A DNA stretch of 64,000 bases, taken from contig JAQGHU010000093.1 in the NCBI GenBank assembly GCA_028291515.1, positions 16,486 through 80,485 of the forward strand, in the 5' to 3' direction. Source of the DNA: Schlesneria sp. Lineage in GTDB: Bacteria > Planctomycetota > Planctomycetia > Planctomycetales > Planctomycetaceae. A program made the translations under genes and the position numbers. Positions 49,339 through 59,724 of this stretch are shown here, in pieces. Every line of letters begins with the position of its first letter. Position 1 is the first letter of the stretch. The notes beneath the pieces are model-generated. The model was not told the origin of the DNA. It worked only from the letters and a program-made list of their open reading frames with translations, and searched no databases.

Positions 49339-50475
49339 TTAGAAATCGCCCACTACTTCGCCCCCAGCACGGCTGCCCAGCGCCTTGTAGACTCCCATAT
49401 CAATGGACTGGCTGACGAATCGCACGGTGCCGTCACAGAACAGAAAATGACCTCCGCCGGTGTGAGTGCTGCGGAACGAGTACATCGGGCTGTTGATGAC
49501 CGCGTCCTTAAGCGCAGTCACATCACCAACGATGGTCCGAGTGTAATAGGGGCCGCTCACGACATTCATCTTGACGTTCATCGTCCCTTCATCAAAGTAG
49601 TCACCGTCGTCAGCCGCCCAGGATGTCAATCCAGACGACGGAACCGGTGGCGTCACCGGGGACTTGTTGACCATTGATGTCGAGAACCCCTGCAAGTTGT
49701 GGTGCGACTCGCCGACAGCAATCGTGCTGGAGAGTCCGTCGGTGAGGTTCTTAAACTGAAGTTTGCATTCCTTCTCGTCGTTCCACCACAGCGGATCGGC
49801 CGTGTGTCGCGCGATCAGTGCGTCAGCAATCCCCTGATTGAACCCACAATCCCACGCGGTCACAAAGACCCCATCGCTATGGCTGTAGGTATAACTCGGG
49901 CTCGACTTCGTACCGATGATATCAGTCGGTTGAGGAGGTGAATGGAGTTCGTAACTACCTCGACTCCACCCATAGCTGGAATAGCAAGGAAAATATGGAT
50001 TGAGCGGCGTCGGCATCGACGGACACAAAAAGACGGGAAGCGGTCGGTTCGCCATCTGCGCATTCGTCGGCCCGCCAACCACAGCCGGAGTCGCGTTGTC
50101 GCCTCCGCTGACATGGAGATTCCACTGAGAATAGATATTACCCTGGTCCAAAAATGGAAGCAGAAAGATTGATGGTGGCGTGTGACGGTAGTTGTACCAG
50201 ATCTTGTCCATACCGGGATTCAGGTCTTCCACGCCAGCTCCGCAGATCGCGAGGCCCGGAATGTAACCCCGTGAATCATGAAAGTTGTGGATCGCCAAGC
50301 CGATCTGTTTGAGATTGTTCTTGCACTGGGCCCGCCGAGCCGCCTCGCGCGCCTGTTGGACGGCGGGCAGCAGCAGGGAAATCAGGACCGCGATAATGGC
50401 GATGACGACGAGCAATTCGATCAATGTGAAACCGGAGCGTCGCCCCGAAGCTGTTCTGGCCCGCTTGGCTTTCAT
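49339..50475 (-). CDS. DUF1559 prepilin-like protein
   Basis: [34 protein letters not shown]; H-x9-DG (HTGGGHFLFCDG). Confidence 0.95.
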   Translation of the reverse strand: MKAKRARTASGRRSGFTLIELLVVIAIIAVLISLLLPAVQQAREAARRAQCKNNLKQIGLAIHNFHDSRGYIPGLAICGAGVEDLNPGMDKIWYNYRHTPPSIFLLPFLDQGNIYSQWNLHVSGGDNATPAVVGGPTNAQMANRPLPVFLCPSMPTPLNPYFPCYSSYGWSRGSYELHSPPQPTDIIGTKSSPSYTYSHSDGVFVTAWDCGFNQGIADALIARHTADPLWWNDEKECKLQFKNLTDGLSSTIAVGESHHNLQGFSTSMVNKSPVTPPVPSSGLTSWAADDGDYFDEGTMNVKMNVVSGPYYTRTIVGDVTALKDAVINSPMYSFRSTHTGGGHFLFCDGTVRFVSQSIDMGVYKALGSRAGGEVVGDF

Positions 50476-50576
50476 GAGTTAAATCCTTGAACAAAGATCA
50501 TCGAACTAAAGGAAAATGTCGTCTCACAACCAAGTGAGTGTGCAAGTTCGCAGAGCGACTTCGGGGCAATTGAGTT

Positions 50577-50801
50577 TCAGTGCGGACATTGGGCTTGAAC
50601 GCTGAAGTACATCGCGTGATATCGCAGCATTTGAACCGCCTCCTCTCGCGTCACGTTTTCAGACTGAATGCGTTCCGCATCGGTGGTGAATGCCGCGGCA
50701 GCGTGCTGCAGAAGTCGCCGATCCGGTAAACCACCCGACGGACGAGAAACAAATACACACACACCGATCATTGCTGCCGTAATCAATAACAGGTAGCGCA
50801 T
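50577..50801 (-). CDS. Small hypothetical membrane/secreted protein
   Basis: MRYLLLITAAMIGVCVFVS hydrophobic leader. Confidence 0.5.
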   Translation of the reverse strand: MRYLLLITAAMIGVCVFVSRPSGGLPDRRLLQHAAAAFTTDAERIQSENVTREEAVQMLRYHAMYFSVQAQCPH

Positions 50802-50894
50802 GATGGTGACCCCCTCAACATGAAAAACGTTCGCGTCGGATCGTCTGTGTCGAAAAGGAGGTTCCCTTGAACCGATCACGCTTGTGGCATCCGG

Positions 50895-52025
50895 CTATCT
50901 CGCTTTCGCTGCTTTTGGTTCACAGTACTTCAGTGAGATCAGGACGTAGGCGGTCCCCAAGTCTGGGTTACTCTCGTACCAGCGTTCGACCTTGTTCAGC
51001 CAAGCCCCGTTTTCTTGTTGCGTCTTGAAGAGTTGCTCGGCCAATTCCTTGCGCCAATCGTGCGACTTTCCCTGGCCGTCCTTGAGGATGTCGATATCCA
51101 TCGTCGACAGGACTTTCGAGAACATCTGGTAGTAATACAGCACTCCTTGCTGACCCATCCCAGGATTCTCTTCAACCGTGTAATACTTCGTAACCCATTC
51201 CACCGCCGTTTTGACTCGCTGATCGTCAGGAGTCAGGCCAGCATAGATCATCCCCTTCAGCCCCGCGTAGGTGATGGAGCCGTAGGAGCGTAATCCTCCA
51301 TTCGGTGCTGTTCCGGCCGGAGAACTGCCGCCTGCCGCGATCGTGTAATAGAAGCCGCCGTCATTAATCAACGACGAGAACTTCGTGGTGTTATGGCTGG
51401 TCTCAAGATTCTGGCATCGCGACAGGAAGACAAGCGCCTTCTGCAACGCAGGGTCATCCGACTTGGCTCCCGCCGATTTCAAGGCATCCATGAAGAAAAT
51501 GGTGTTCGACATATCGGGGCGATCGCCATTCCGCCCATATCCTGCTCCTCCGTATTTGATGTCGGAACCGTCGATCGATTCAGATTCATCCCACTGCAGT
51601 TTGCGCAGGAATTCCGCTCCCTTCGCAATCGCATCGGTGTACTTGCCCTCCTTGTTCGCAGCTTGCAGGGCCATCATGCAAATCGAAGTCTCATAGTTCT
51701 TCTGCGTCCCCTTCGGCGCATAAATGCCACCATCGGGCCGAATGTGTTTATTGAGGTAGGTGAGCGCCTTCTCCATCACGGGATCAGTCGCTGGAACCCC
51801 ACTGATCAGTAGTGAATAGGTAACCAGTCCCGAGACTCCCAAGGCATCTTCTGAAGTCCAGAAACCATCGGTCGCCTGGCTGGACTTCAAAAAATTGACC
51901 GCTTTTTCACGGGACTTGGACAGTGCTTCGGCATTCGGCCCGATCGCCTGTGCATTCAGTTGCCCTGCGCTGAGCACCATCAAAACACCTGCCAGAATCC
52001 TAAATCGTGATCGAATGCAATTCAT
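50895..52025 (-). CDS. Secreted prenyltransferase/squalene-cyclase-repeat protein
   Basis: Signal peptide; FLKSSQATDGFW, FLRKLQW, FLSRCQ, DGGFYY, QQENGAW repeats. Confidence 0.8.
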   Translation of the reverse strand: MNCIRSRFRILAGVLMVLSAGQLNAQAIGPNAEALSKSREKAVNFLKSSQATDGFWTSEDALGVSGLVTYSLLISGVPATDPVMEKALTYLNKHIRPDGGIYAPKGTQKNYETSICMMALQAANKEGKYTDAIAKGAEFLRKLQWDESESIDGSDIKYGGAGYGRNGDRPDMSNTIFFMDALKSAGAKSDDPALQKALVFLSRCQNLETSHNTTKFSSLINDGGFYYTIAAGGSSPAGTAPNGGLRSYGSITYAGLKGMIYAGLTPDDQRVKTAVEWVTKYYTVEENPGMGQQGVLYYYQMFSKVLSTMDIDILKDGQGKSHDWRKELAEQLFKTQQENGAWLNKVERWYESNPDLGTAYVLISLKYCEPKAAKAR

Positions 52026-52391
52026 AGCAGCCCCTAGTTCGAGTGAAATCAAAAGACAGGCGGACCTTGATCGGCAACATGATCGAAATGGCCGACCCGT
52101 GTCGGGATCTACGACTTTGCCAGACTCGAAGCAGCAAAGCATTTTCCGCGCCGCTGTTCATCCCTGCGCCTCAATGGCATTTCCCCATCTGTTACAGGGA
52201 GAATCGGCCGATCACGATGTCCGTTTATCCGACATCACTGTCGATGGAATCGACACCGCGATCCAAATCGCCTTCATGCCAAAGGACGTGTGATGGAAGA
52301 GTAGAGTGCTGGCTGTCACAAGCAGCTGTGCCAAAATAGTTGCCACCGCAATTGCTTACTTAAAAAAATGTAGTGAGAGAGCTCCTCACCA

Positions 52392-52447
52392 TTGCATGAC
52401 GGTGTGATGAAAGTAGAATACGGACTGAGCTTGAGACTCAGTCTCAA
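52392..52447 (+). promoter_or_regulatory. Sigma70-like promoter and palindromic operator
   Basis: TTGCAT (52392), 16 nt, TAGAAT (52414); perfect palindrome TTGAGACTCAGTCTCAA at 52431-52447. Confidence 0.6.
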
Positions 52448-52593
52448 CTCTTTGATCTTGGTCTCGCCAGCACTTCATCACGCGGCCAGCCATGACCTGA
52501 TCGCCATCACTCCTGATGAGCAGAATCGGTTTCTTACACTTGGGCTACGTCTTCGTAGCGTCTTGGCCTTGCCTCTCAGCGTTTGGAGTCCAA

Positions 52594-53553
52594 ATGCAGT
52601 CGATGCGTCTTCGAAAACACGGCTTTACGTTAATTGAGTTACTGGTAGTCATTGCCATCATTGCTGTCTTGGTGGCTCTACTTTTACCTGCGGTCCAGCA
52701 GGCTCGCGAGGCGGCTCGACGGACGCAGTGCAAAAACAACATGCGCCAGCTTGGCTTGGCGGCCCATAACTATCACGACACCTATAACATCGTTCCACCG
52801 GGATGTGTGGCCTATATTTCTCCACCCGCATACGGCACATATGCCGCGCATGGAACTGGGGTCTTCATATTGCCGTTTATCGAACAAGGCAATCTCTATA
52901 GCCGCTACGATTTCAACAAGGGTTTTGATCACAACGACAATCAGTTTGTGGTCAACACCCAGATCCCTGCTTATCAATGCCCGTCGACTCCTGGAGGCGG
53001 ACGCACGATGGCTTCGAATAATGCGTTCGCGTCCTCATTCGGAGGTTTACCTGCCCAGAATGGCAGCAACACGGTGGCAACATCCGATTACAACGGGATG
53101 CGATGGGTTTATGATGTCAATGCGACAAAAAACACGGGATTGATGTCCCATATCTGGGTCTTGCCTTATTCGATCTCAGAAACCTCTCGGTTCGCTGATT
53201 GTACGGATGGACTGTCGAATACGATTCTCTATCACGAGATGGCCGGGCGACCCACCGCCTACCGCAATGGCAAACCAGCGGGCACCTCGACCTGGGTTCA
53301 AGCACTGTGGTCTGCCCCCTGGTCATTCTCGACCGGCATCGACATCTATACCAGTTCACCTGACGGAACGACTCAAGGGGGGCCTTGCATCATCAACTGC
53401 ACCAATGAATGGCAACCCTACAGTTTTCATACAGGTGGCGTGCAAATCACGCTCGCAGACGGTTCCGGCCGTTTTCTGAGCCAGAACATCAGTGGCAAGG
53501 TTTTCTGGGCTCTCTGTGGTCGCGCGGATGGCCAGGTCGTCGGCGAATTCTAG
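52594..53553 (+). CDS. DUF1559 prepilin-like protein
   Basis: [14 protein letters not shown]; HTGGVQITLADG; GGAG before ATG 52594. Confidence 0.95.
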   Translation: MQSMRLRKHGFTLIELLVVIAIIAVLVALLLPAVQQAREAARRTQCKNNMRQLGLAAHNYHDTYNIVPPGCVAYISPPAYGTYAAHGTGVFILPFIEQGNLYSRYDFNKGFDHNDNQFVVNTQIPAYQCPSTPGGGRTMASNNAFASSFGGLPAQNGSNTVATSDYNGMRWVYDVNATKNTGLMSHIWVLPYSISETSRFADCTDGLSNTILYHEMAGRPTAYRNGKPAGTSTWVQALWSAPWSFSTGIDIYTSSPDGTTQGGPCIINCTNEWQPYSFHTGGVQITLADGSGRFLSQNISGKVFWALCGRADGQVVGEF

Positions 53554-53646
53554 CCTCCACATTCGTGATCGTGCGAAGATTTTAACGCGTTGACCATACG
53601 CATTTCCAATGCCCCAAGTTGGCCGTTCGACTGAACGATATCTCGA

Positions 53647-54102
53647 ATGCCTGCAACAATTCTCCGTCTGCTTTCCGCGACATCGGCCTTCAGCCTGCTG
53701 CTTGTGCTTGGATGCGGCTCAGCGGACCGAACTCATCTGCCAGTTTACCCCACCTCCGGCCGATTGAGCGTGGGCGGCAAGCCCGCTCAAGGGGTCTCCG
53801 TCGTCTTGAATCCGATTGAAGGCAGTTCCGCCGCCAAGAAGGGAATAGCTCCCTCGGGAACGTCAGATGAATCGGGCAGCTTCGTCATCTCGACCTATGC
53901 GCAGGACGACGGCGCACCGGCCGGAGATTACAAAGTGACTCTTCAATGGATGCGAACTGAGCCGGAAGCAAACGGTCCTCCAGCAGGCTTTAGCGCCCCG
54001 CGAGACAAGTTCGAGGGACGCTTCCGCAATCCAACCGTATCAACATGGTCGACCAAGATCGAAGAAGGAAACAATGTCCTCGAGCACCTCACCATTGATT
54101 GA
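53647..54102 (+). CDS. DUF1559-associated lipoprotein
   Basis: VLGC lipobox; PTSGRL..GKPA; DDGAPAGDYKVT. Confidence 0.8.
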   Translation: MPATILRLLSATSAFSLLLVLGCGSADRTHLPVYPTSGRLSVGGKPAQGVSVVLNPIEGSSAAKKGIAPSGTSDESGSFVISTYAQDDGAPAGDYKVTLQWMRTEPEANGPPAGFSAPRDKFEGRFRNPTVSTWSTKIEEGNNVLEHLTID

Positions 54103-55474
54103 TGCGTCCGCGGAGCCGGAAGACAACGTCGATAGCACCGCTGCGACGAACGATTCAACTCCTGGTCCACAGAACGCACCCCGCCAGGCCAGCCTCTATC
54201 GAGCGATCTGGCGTTGGCACTTCTACGCCGGCTTGATCGTGGCCCCGTTTTTCTTCTTCGCATCCGCCACGGGAGCGTTATACGTCTTTAGCATTGAACT
54301 ATCGAATCTGTTCTATGCGGACAAGTACTTCGTGACGCCGACGGAACAAATGCTTTCGTACGATGAGCAGCTCGCAAAACTGAAGGAGCAGGCCGCCGAC
54401 TTCACGGAGTTAGACGGGATGCGTGTCTGGAATGACCGCACTCGAACGACCCATTTCATCGCTCACGCGTTTCCGGGCGGGCATACCGCCAAAGGTCAAA
54501 TGCATCGCATTTACTATGTGAATCCCTACACAGGAAGCCTGCTGGGTTCGCAACTGATGGAGCATGAATTCTTCCACATCGTGCTCGATCTGCACCGGTC
54601 CGTCTGTGCTGGTACGTTCGGACGACTGCTTGTGGAACTGGCAACGAGTTGGGGAATCGTCCTCGTCATCACGGGTGTCTACTTGTGGTGGCCTCGCAAA
54701 GGGGAATGGCGCAGCGGCGGCATCTTCTGGCCTCGCTTGTCGGCGGCGTTCTATGTTGCCCTGCGGGATCTCCATTCGATCGCGGGCATCTTCTTCGCCC
54801 CGCTGGCGGTCATTGTGCTGTTCACGGGCCTGTTTGTCTCATTGATTTGGGGCACTGGTTTCAATTGGGTTTCCATGAAAATGGAGCAATCCTTGATGGA
54901 ATTCTTCACCCACGCGAACTCTCCGCCAGCATCCGATACCGTGGCAAGGCTGCAACCCGTCGTGACCGCGGCGCTGCAGCACAGCCAGCCAGGAGATGAT
55001 CTCTATTTCCAATTGGCAGAAAAGCCCGAGCACGCTCACAAGATCTATGTGATGTACAAAGGGGACACCAATACAGTACGAGGGCTCGACATCGACCAAT
55101 ACACTGGAAACGTCATGTCGACGACGACAACCGAACAGCTGGAGCCGATGGTTCGACTGCTCGCGATCGCAGTGTCGCTCCACCAGGGGAAGACATTCGG
55201 CCTCACGTCAAAGGTGATCGCATTTGTGACGTGCCTCGTTTTGATGGGCCTGTCGGTCACCGGCATCTGGATGTGGTGGGTCCGTCGACCAAAGGGGCAA
55301 ACCGGTTTTCCCTCACGCTTGCCGACCAGAATTCCGGGATGGCTCTGGTGTGTGATCGCAGGCATCAGCGTCGCGTTCCCTGCAGTCGGAGCTTCGCTGG
55401 TCGTGATCATCAGCGTTGAAGTGATTCTAAGCTCAATCCGCCGCACCCGGTCAACGGGAATTCGAAAAGCATAA
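54074..55474 (+). CDS. PepSY-associated TM helix protein (PiuB-like)
   Basis: WRWHFYAGL, YVNPYTG, LDLH, ITGVYLWWPR, RDLH, IDQYTG, LHQG..FG. Confidence 0.9.
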   Translation: MSSSTSPLIDASAEPEDNVDSTAATNDSTPGPQNAPRQASLYRAIWRWHFYAGLIVAPFFFFASATGALYVFSIELSNLFYADKYFVTPTEQMLSYDEQLAKLKEQAADFTELDGMRVWNDRTRTTHFIAHAFPGGHTAKGQMHRIYYVNPYTGSLLGSQLMEHEFFHIVLDLHRSVCAGTFGRLLVELATSWGIVLVITGVYLWWPRKGEWRSGGIFWPRLSAAFYVALRDLHSIAGIFFAPLAVIVLFTGLFVSLIWGTGFNWVSMKMEQSLMEFFTHANSPPASDTVARLQPVVTAALQHSQPGDDLYFQLAEKPEHAHKIYVMYKGDTNTVRGLDIDQYTGNVMSTTTTEQLEPMVRLLAIAVSLHQGKTFGLTSKVIAFVTCLVLMGLSVTGIWMWWVRRPKGQTGFPSRLPTRIPGWLWCVIAGISVAFPAVGASLVVIISVEVILSSIRRTRSTGIRKA

Positions 55475-55521
55475 GGATCCAGGGTGCGTCTGTGACGAAC
55501 TGCTCGCATCTGACGCACAGA

Positions 55522-55962
55522 CTATTTCCCTTCCGGCCCCATAAACCGGTGTGGTCGTGAATCATCGCTCGAAACATGCCAAATCGGATCGACTCCCACA
55601 GGCAGAGGGTCCGCTCGCACGAAAAGGCGGGTTGGCGCAGACGGAAAAAAACAGAACAGCGCCGGACATAACCAGCCTTCCATCTGCTGCCCCGCAATCA
55701 GACCCGAATACCAGTTCCCACCGAGCGGGGATTCCGCGTCCGCTGCTCGGAGCCAATTCAATTCGATGTCATGGCCGCTAAAAGGCACGTCGCTGAACTG
55801 CATCGCGAATCCACGCGACGCGTTTGGAATTCTTTTCTCTTCAACCATCCGAGAGATCATCTCGGACATCCCGCACACAAATGCCTCTTCCTTCAAATAG
55901 GTCTTTTCGTCGTCAAAGACCCAATTGAGGCCCATCAAATAGGGATAGATCATCATTGTCAT
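55522..55962 (-). CDS. Conserved hypothetical protein (DUF6717-like)
   Basis: WVFDD..EAFV.G, FSD.PF, GGNWY, MEGWLCPAL. Confidence 0.6.
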   Translation of the reverse strand: MTMMIYPYLMGLNWVFDDEKTYLKEEAFVCGMSEMISRMVEEKRIPNASRGFAMQFSDVPFSGHDIELNWLRAADAESPLGGNWYSGLIAGQQMEGWLCPALFCFFPSAPTRLFVRADPLPVGVDPIWHVSSDDSRPHRFMGPEGK

Positions 55963-56175
55963 CGCGAGTCCTCAAGAGGAAATTTCAAACACATTGGCAA
56001 GCCGATTTTGACTCAATCCCGCGCCACAACGCGTGGAACGCAATGCTGTGCCACTTGCACCAGCTTCGGACATCAAGCGATCTTGAGCACTGCAATTTTC
56101 TCACCAACCGTCGCCGCTGGATAACTTCACCGAATCAGTGGGCATTCTCGCCGACATCTTAACGAGACTGCCCGG

Positions 56176-56640
56176 CTATTCAGCAATCTGCAGTTGGAGC
56201 ATCGTCTCGATATCGTCGCAAAGTCTGCGGATCTCACGTGCTTGAATCATCACGCCTTGACTGTCTATCGCGTGCTCGTCCTCTTGTCGAGTTCTCTGCT
56301 CTTTGATCACAATCGGTGCGGTCATCGCTCGAGTGTAGATGGCAATTATTTTGTTGTGGAGAACCTCATCATTACTGGAAGCTTGCTCCGCAGTTGGCTG
56401 CGGTATTTTGAGGCGAATTGCTGCGACCCTCGCCTCCTCTGCTGTCGGCTTTGCCTCCAGTTTGTCGGCGATCGATCGTGCTTGTTTCAGATAATCAACT
56501 ACGGTCGCCTTGAACTCTTCCAGTGTTGGCTGGGATTCAGGATCCACCGTAATCGTCGTCTCTGCAATGGGAAGCGGGGGCGCGGGTAATCCGCAGCCGA
56601 TGACCGCGACGCCAAGAGTCAACATGTAACTACGGTACAT
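56176..56640 (-). CDS. Hypothetical lipoprotein
   Basis: VAVIGC lipobox; helical body. Confidence 0.6.
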   Translation of the reverse strand: MYRSYMLTLGVAVIGCGLPAPPLPIAETTITVDPESQPTLEEFKATVVDYLKQARSIADKLEAKPTAEEARVAAIRLKIPQPTAEQASSNDEVLHNKIIAIYTRAMTAPIVIKEQRTRQEDEHAIDSQGVMIQAREIRRLCDDIETMLQLQIAE

Positions 56641-56718
56641 CTCGTTTTTCCATTTTCATTGAGATCGAAAGACGTATGGTAATGGTGCGTACCGAAGACT
56701 CCACACACCTACTTGCTC

Positions 56719-56733
56719 GAATTATCATTCTCA
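56719..56733. promoter_or_regulatory. Candidate Fur-family box
   Basis: GAATTATCATTCTCA (reverse complement TGAGAATGATAATTC) in a divergent promoter region. Confidence 0.4.
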
Positions 56734-56915
56734 CGCTGATGCACGAAATGAGGAAAAATGGTTGTTGACACGGCCCTCTCACCATCGCCAGATTGAATCC
56801 GCGAGCATTGATGGTAAGATCGTTACGACCTGTAGACTCCTTACCAAGTCCCCAAATCATGATGGCACGACGTTCATTGATGACGCTGCGACACCAGACT
56901 GATCTGGTTCGTGGA

Positions 56916-57428
56916 ATGTTCGTCGACGTGCGTCGCGGGATGACTCGACGAAGCCTTTGCCGGGCCTTTGTGTTGGTGATGTATATCGTGATGAACCTGG
57001 GACTGCCAACGGGCTTTGGACCACAGGCGAAAGCGAGTTCGGCGAAAGAGGCTTGTCGTTGTTCGCCGGAATCTCGTGCGGCCGGCCGCTGCTGTTGTGC
57101 GAAAGGTGCTACAACAGGTGCAAAGACGGGCTGCTGTGCGACTCGCGTTGTTGTCGCGACAAAAAGCTGTTGCGCGAAGAAGGGGATCGAAGCCGCTGTG
57201 AAGAAGGTGCAGCCGATCCATGACGATTCAATCGCGTGGAGCGGTGCTTGTCCTTGTGGCCCCACTGACGCGCCGATCATGCTGTTCTGTCCGCACCCTC
57301 GAATTCTGGCCGAGGCGAACTCGCTTGAATTTCAATTCCCGACTGGCGAGCGTGCTCCCACCCTGACCGATGCCCCGTGCGGCTTGCGGACTCGTCCGTC
57401 TGTTCCTCCCCCCGAGTTGGCCGTCTGA
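56916..57428 (+). CDS. Cys-rich membrane/secreted protein with C-terminal PSVPPP
   Basis: Hydrophobic N-terminal segment; 14 Cys (CRC, CCC, CC, CC, CPC); start uncertain. Confidence 0.65.
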   Translation: MFVDVRRGMTRRSLCRAFVLVMYIVMNLGLPTGFGPQAKASSAKEACRCSPESRAAGRCCCAKGATTGAKTGCCATRVVVATKSCCAKKGIEAAVKKVQPIHDDSIAWSGACPCGPTDAPIMLFCPHPRILAEANSLEFQFPTGERAPTLTDAPCGLRTRPSVPPPELAV

Positions 57429-57567
57429 CGAATGCCTGCTGCGCGGAACTCGCGCAGCGATTGACGACTTCGTCGATCTGTGACGGCTTGTGGCCCCGGT
57501 TCAACACCGAGGCCGCCGTCTGCGATTCGTCATGCCCGGTTTCCACGTTTGTTTCTGAGGGGGAACA

Positions 57568-58557
57568 ATGTTCAAATTCAGCCGCCGTCCGCGCGGATTT
57601 ACGTTGATTGAGTTACTGGTGGTGATCGCCATCATCGCGATACTGATCGCGCTATTGCTTCCAGCCGTCCAACAAGCTCGCGAAGCTGCTCGTCGAGCCC
57701 AATGCAAGAACAACCTGAAGCAACTCGGGTTGGCGTTACACAATTATGAATCGAGTCACTCGGCGATCCCATTGGGTCGAGTCGGCTTTCCTAAGGTCTT
57801 TTCAGCACATGCCCAGTTGCTGCCGTATCTGGACGGCAGCAACCTGTACAACCTGATCGACTTCAACACGGCTCCCAACTTTGGAGCGCCATCAGCACCG
57901 ATGACACAGAACGAGATCGCCGCCCGAGCGGTCATTCCAGGGTATCTGTGCCCGAGTGATTTTGGACGTATGGCCGGTTCCGATTTCGGGCCGCTCAACT
58001 ATCCCGCCTGCGTCGGCAGTGGAGTGAACCGCTTGGCGACCGGCGGCGTCGACAGCAGTTCGATCAAGACGGGTGACGGCGTCATGTATTCGGGCTCAGC
58101 GACTAAATTTCGCGATGTGAGCGACGGCCTGTCGAACACAGCCGCCTTCAGCGAAAGCACGCTGGGACCGGGTAACAATCCATCCTCGCCAAGTGGCTCC
58201 GCGCCACAGAAGCCGGATAGCGAAGTGCTCGAACTGACCGGGGCGACCGTGACCACGGCCGCATCGTGTGGTTCAAGCAGCGGTGGCAACTGGTCCGGCC
58301 TGCGGGGTGCTAAGTGGCTGAACGGCCACTATGGCGACACGCTGTACAATCACTTCTACAATCCGAATTCGCGACAATACGATTGCGGGAACGCCAGCCA
58401 CAACTACGGGCTGACTGCCGCTCGCAGCCGACACGTCGGAGGCGTCCACGTCTGCCTGTGCGACGGCAGCGTCCGGTTCGTCAGCGAGAACGTCGACATC
58501 ACGATCTGGCAGGCGGTCGCCTCTCGGCAGGGGAGTGAGATCCTGGGCGAGTTTTAA
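57568..58557 (+). CDS. DUF1559 prepilin-like protein
   Basis: [14 protein letters not shown]; [12 protein letters not shown]. Confidence 0.95.
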   Translation: MFKFSRRPRGFTLIELLVVIAIIAILIALLLPAVQQAREAARRAQCKNNLKQLGLALHNYESSHSAIPLGRVGFPKVFSAHAQLLPYLDGSNLYNLIDFNTAPNFGAPSAPMTQNEIAARAVIPGYLCPSDFGRMAGSDFGPLNYPACVGSGVNRLATGGVDSSSIKTGDGVMYSGSATKFRDVSDGLSNTAAFSESTLGPGNNPSSPSGSAPQKPDSEVLELTGATVTTAASCGSSSGGNWSGLRGAKWLNGHYGDTLYNHFYNPNSRQYDCGNASHNYGLTAARSRHVGGVHVCLCDGSVRFVSENVDITIWQAVASRQGSEILGEF

Positions 58558-58867
58558 TCGAGATAAAGGTGGGCGTGCCACTGGTTGGCCGCTTCGGACA
58601 ACCAGTGCGATTGCGATCAATCCGCCGAATGTGGACACGGGTTCTTTCTCATTTCTGACGGAGAATAAGGATTGACCCTCTAGACCGACTGAAGAACGAT
58701 CGGGATAATCGGTCGCTGGTGAAAAACCAATCTGAGTGGACCACAACTATCGGTCACACCAATCGACCGCTTCTCAAAGGTCGATCCGTGTGACCATTTT
58801 TTGTTGCGGATAAAAGAAGTCCTGGAGTCGTAGTGACTCACCATGCTTACAGAACTTGAAGACAGTA

Positions 58868-59701
58868 ATGGATTCGAACAACCTGGCGACTGAGCCGTCA
58901 CCGCCGAAAGTGCCCGAGCGCCGGTTGGGACGCCACATCTTCCTGGGGTTTCTTGGCAGCGTGGCTCTCGTCTACGGCAGCATTGTGTCATACAGCCTGC
59001 TCTTCCCACGACGAAACATCGACGCTGGCGAGATGAGCCTGCTGGAGCGGTGCCGCGAGATGTGCCTGGCCTACGGCTTGGTACCAACGGGGCATCTCGC
59101 CAACGACGCCAGGGCTTACCTACGATCGGAGAAACCGAAGCCGCTGGTACACCCGCTGCATGAGATTCTGTCGGACGAAAAGTTTGTCGTCCAGGAATCG
59201 CAGCCGCATCCGCTACTAGGGAGGCAAGCACCTGATTTCGAACTACCGGACGATCAGGGTAAGAAAGTCTCATTGCGAGGGACCTTGAAGGACGCGCCGG
59301 TCGTTGTCGTCTTCTATTACGGCTATCACTGCAATCATTGCGTTGGCCAACTGTTCGGATTGAACGAAGATTTGCGCCGCTTTACCGAGTTGGGAACCGA
59401 AGTCGTCGCGATCAGTGCCGACTCGCCGGAAATGACCACCAAGCGATTTGACGAGTACGGTCGATTCGACTTCCCTGTTCTGTCGGATGTGGACAGCAGC
59501 GTCGCCCAGGCGTATGGGGTGTATCAACCGGAAGCGAACGGCAAACCCGAAATCAAGCTGCACGGCACGTTCGTCATCGATGCCGATGGAACCGTGCTGT
59601 GGTGCAATTCGGGCAACAAACCATTTTTGGATAACCAGACACTGCTAACGGTGATCGCCAAGCAACATGGCTTGCTGACGACCGAAAAATCGGCTGAGTA
59701 A
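58868..59701 (+). CDS. Membrane-anchored AhpC/TSA (redoxin) protein
   Basis: One TM; APDFELPD, YYGYHCNHC, GTFVID. Confidence 0.85.
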   Translation: MDSNNLATEPSPPKVPERRLGRHIFLGFLGSVALVYGSIVSYSLLFPRRNIDAGEMSLLERCREMCLAYGLVPTGHLANDARAYLRSEKPKPLVHPLHEILSDEKFVVQESQPHPLLGRQAPDFELPDDQGKKVSLRGTLKDAPVVVVFYYGYHCNHCVGQLFGLNEDLRRFTELGTEVVAISADSPEMTTKRFDEYGRFDFPVLSDVDSSVAQAYGVYQPEANGKPEIKLHGTFVIDADGTVLWCNSGNKPFLDNQTLLTVIAKQHGLLTTEKSAE

Positions 59702-59724
59702 CCATTCGTACGAAGGTTCGAGTT

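Noticed and set aside
49339-50475. First DUF1559 locus as part of the metal-uptake hypothesis
   Set aside because: It is an ordinary DUF1559 plus lipoprotein arrangement with no metal-related neighbour or operator
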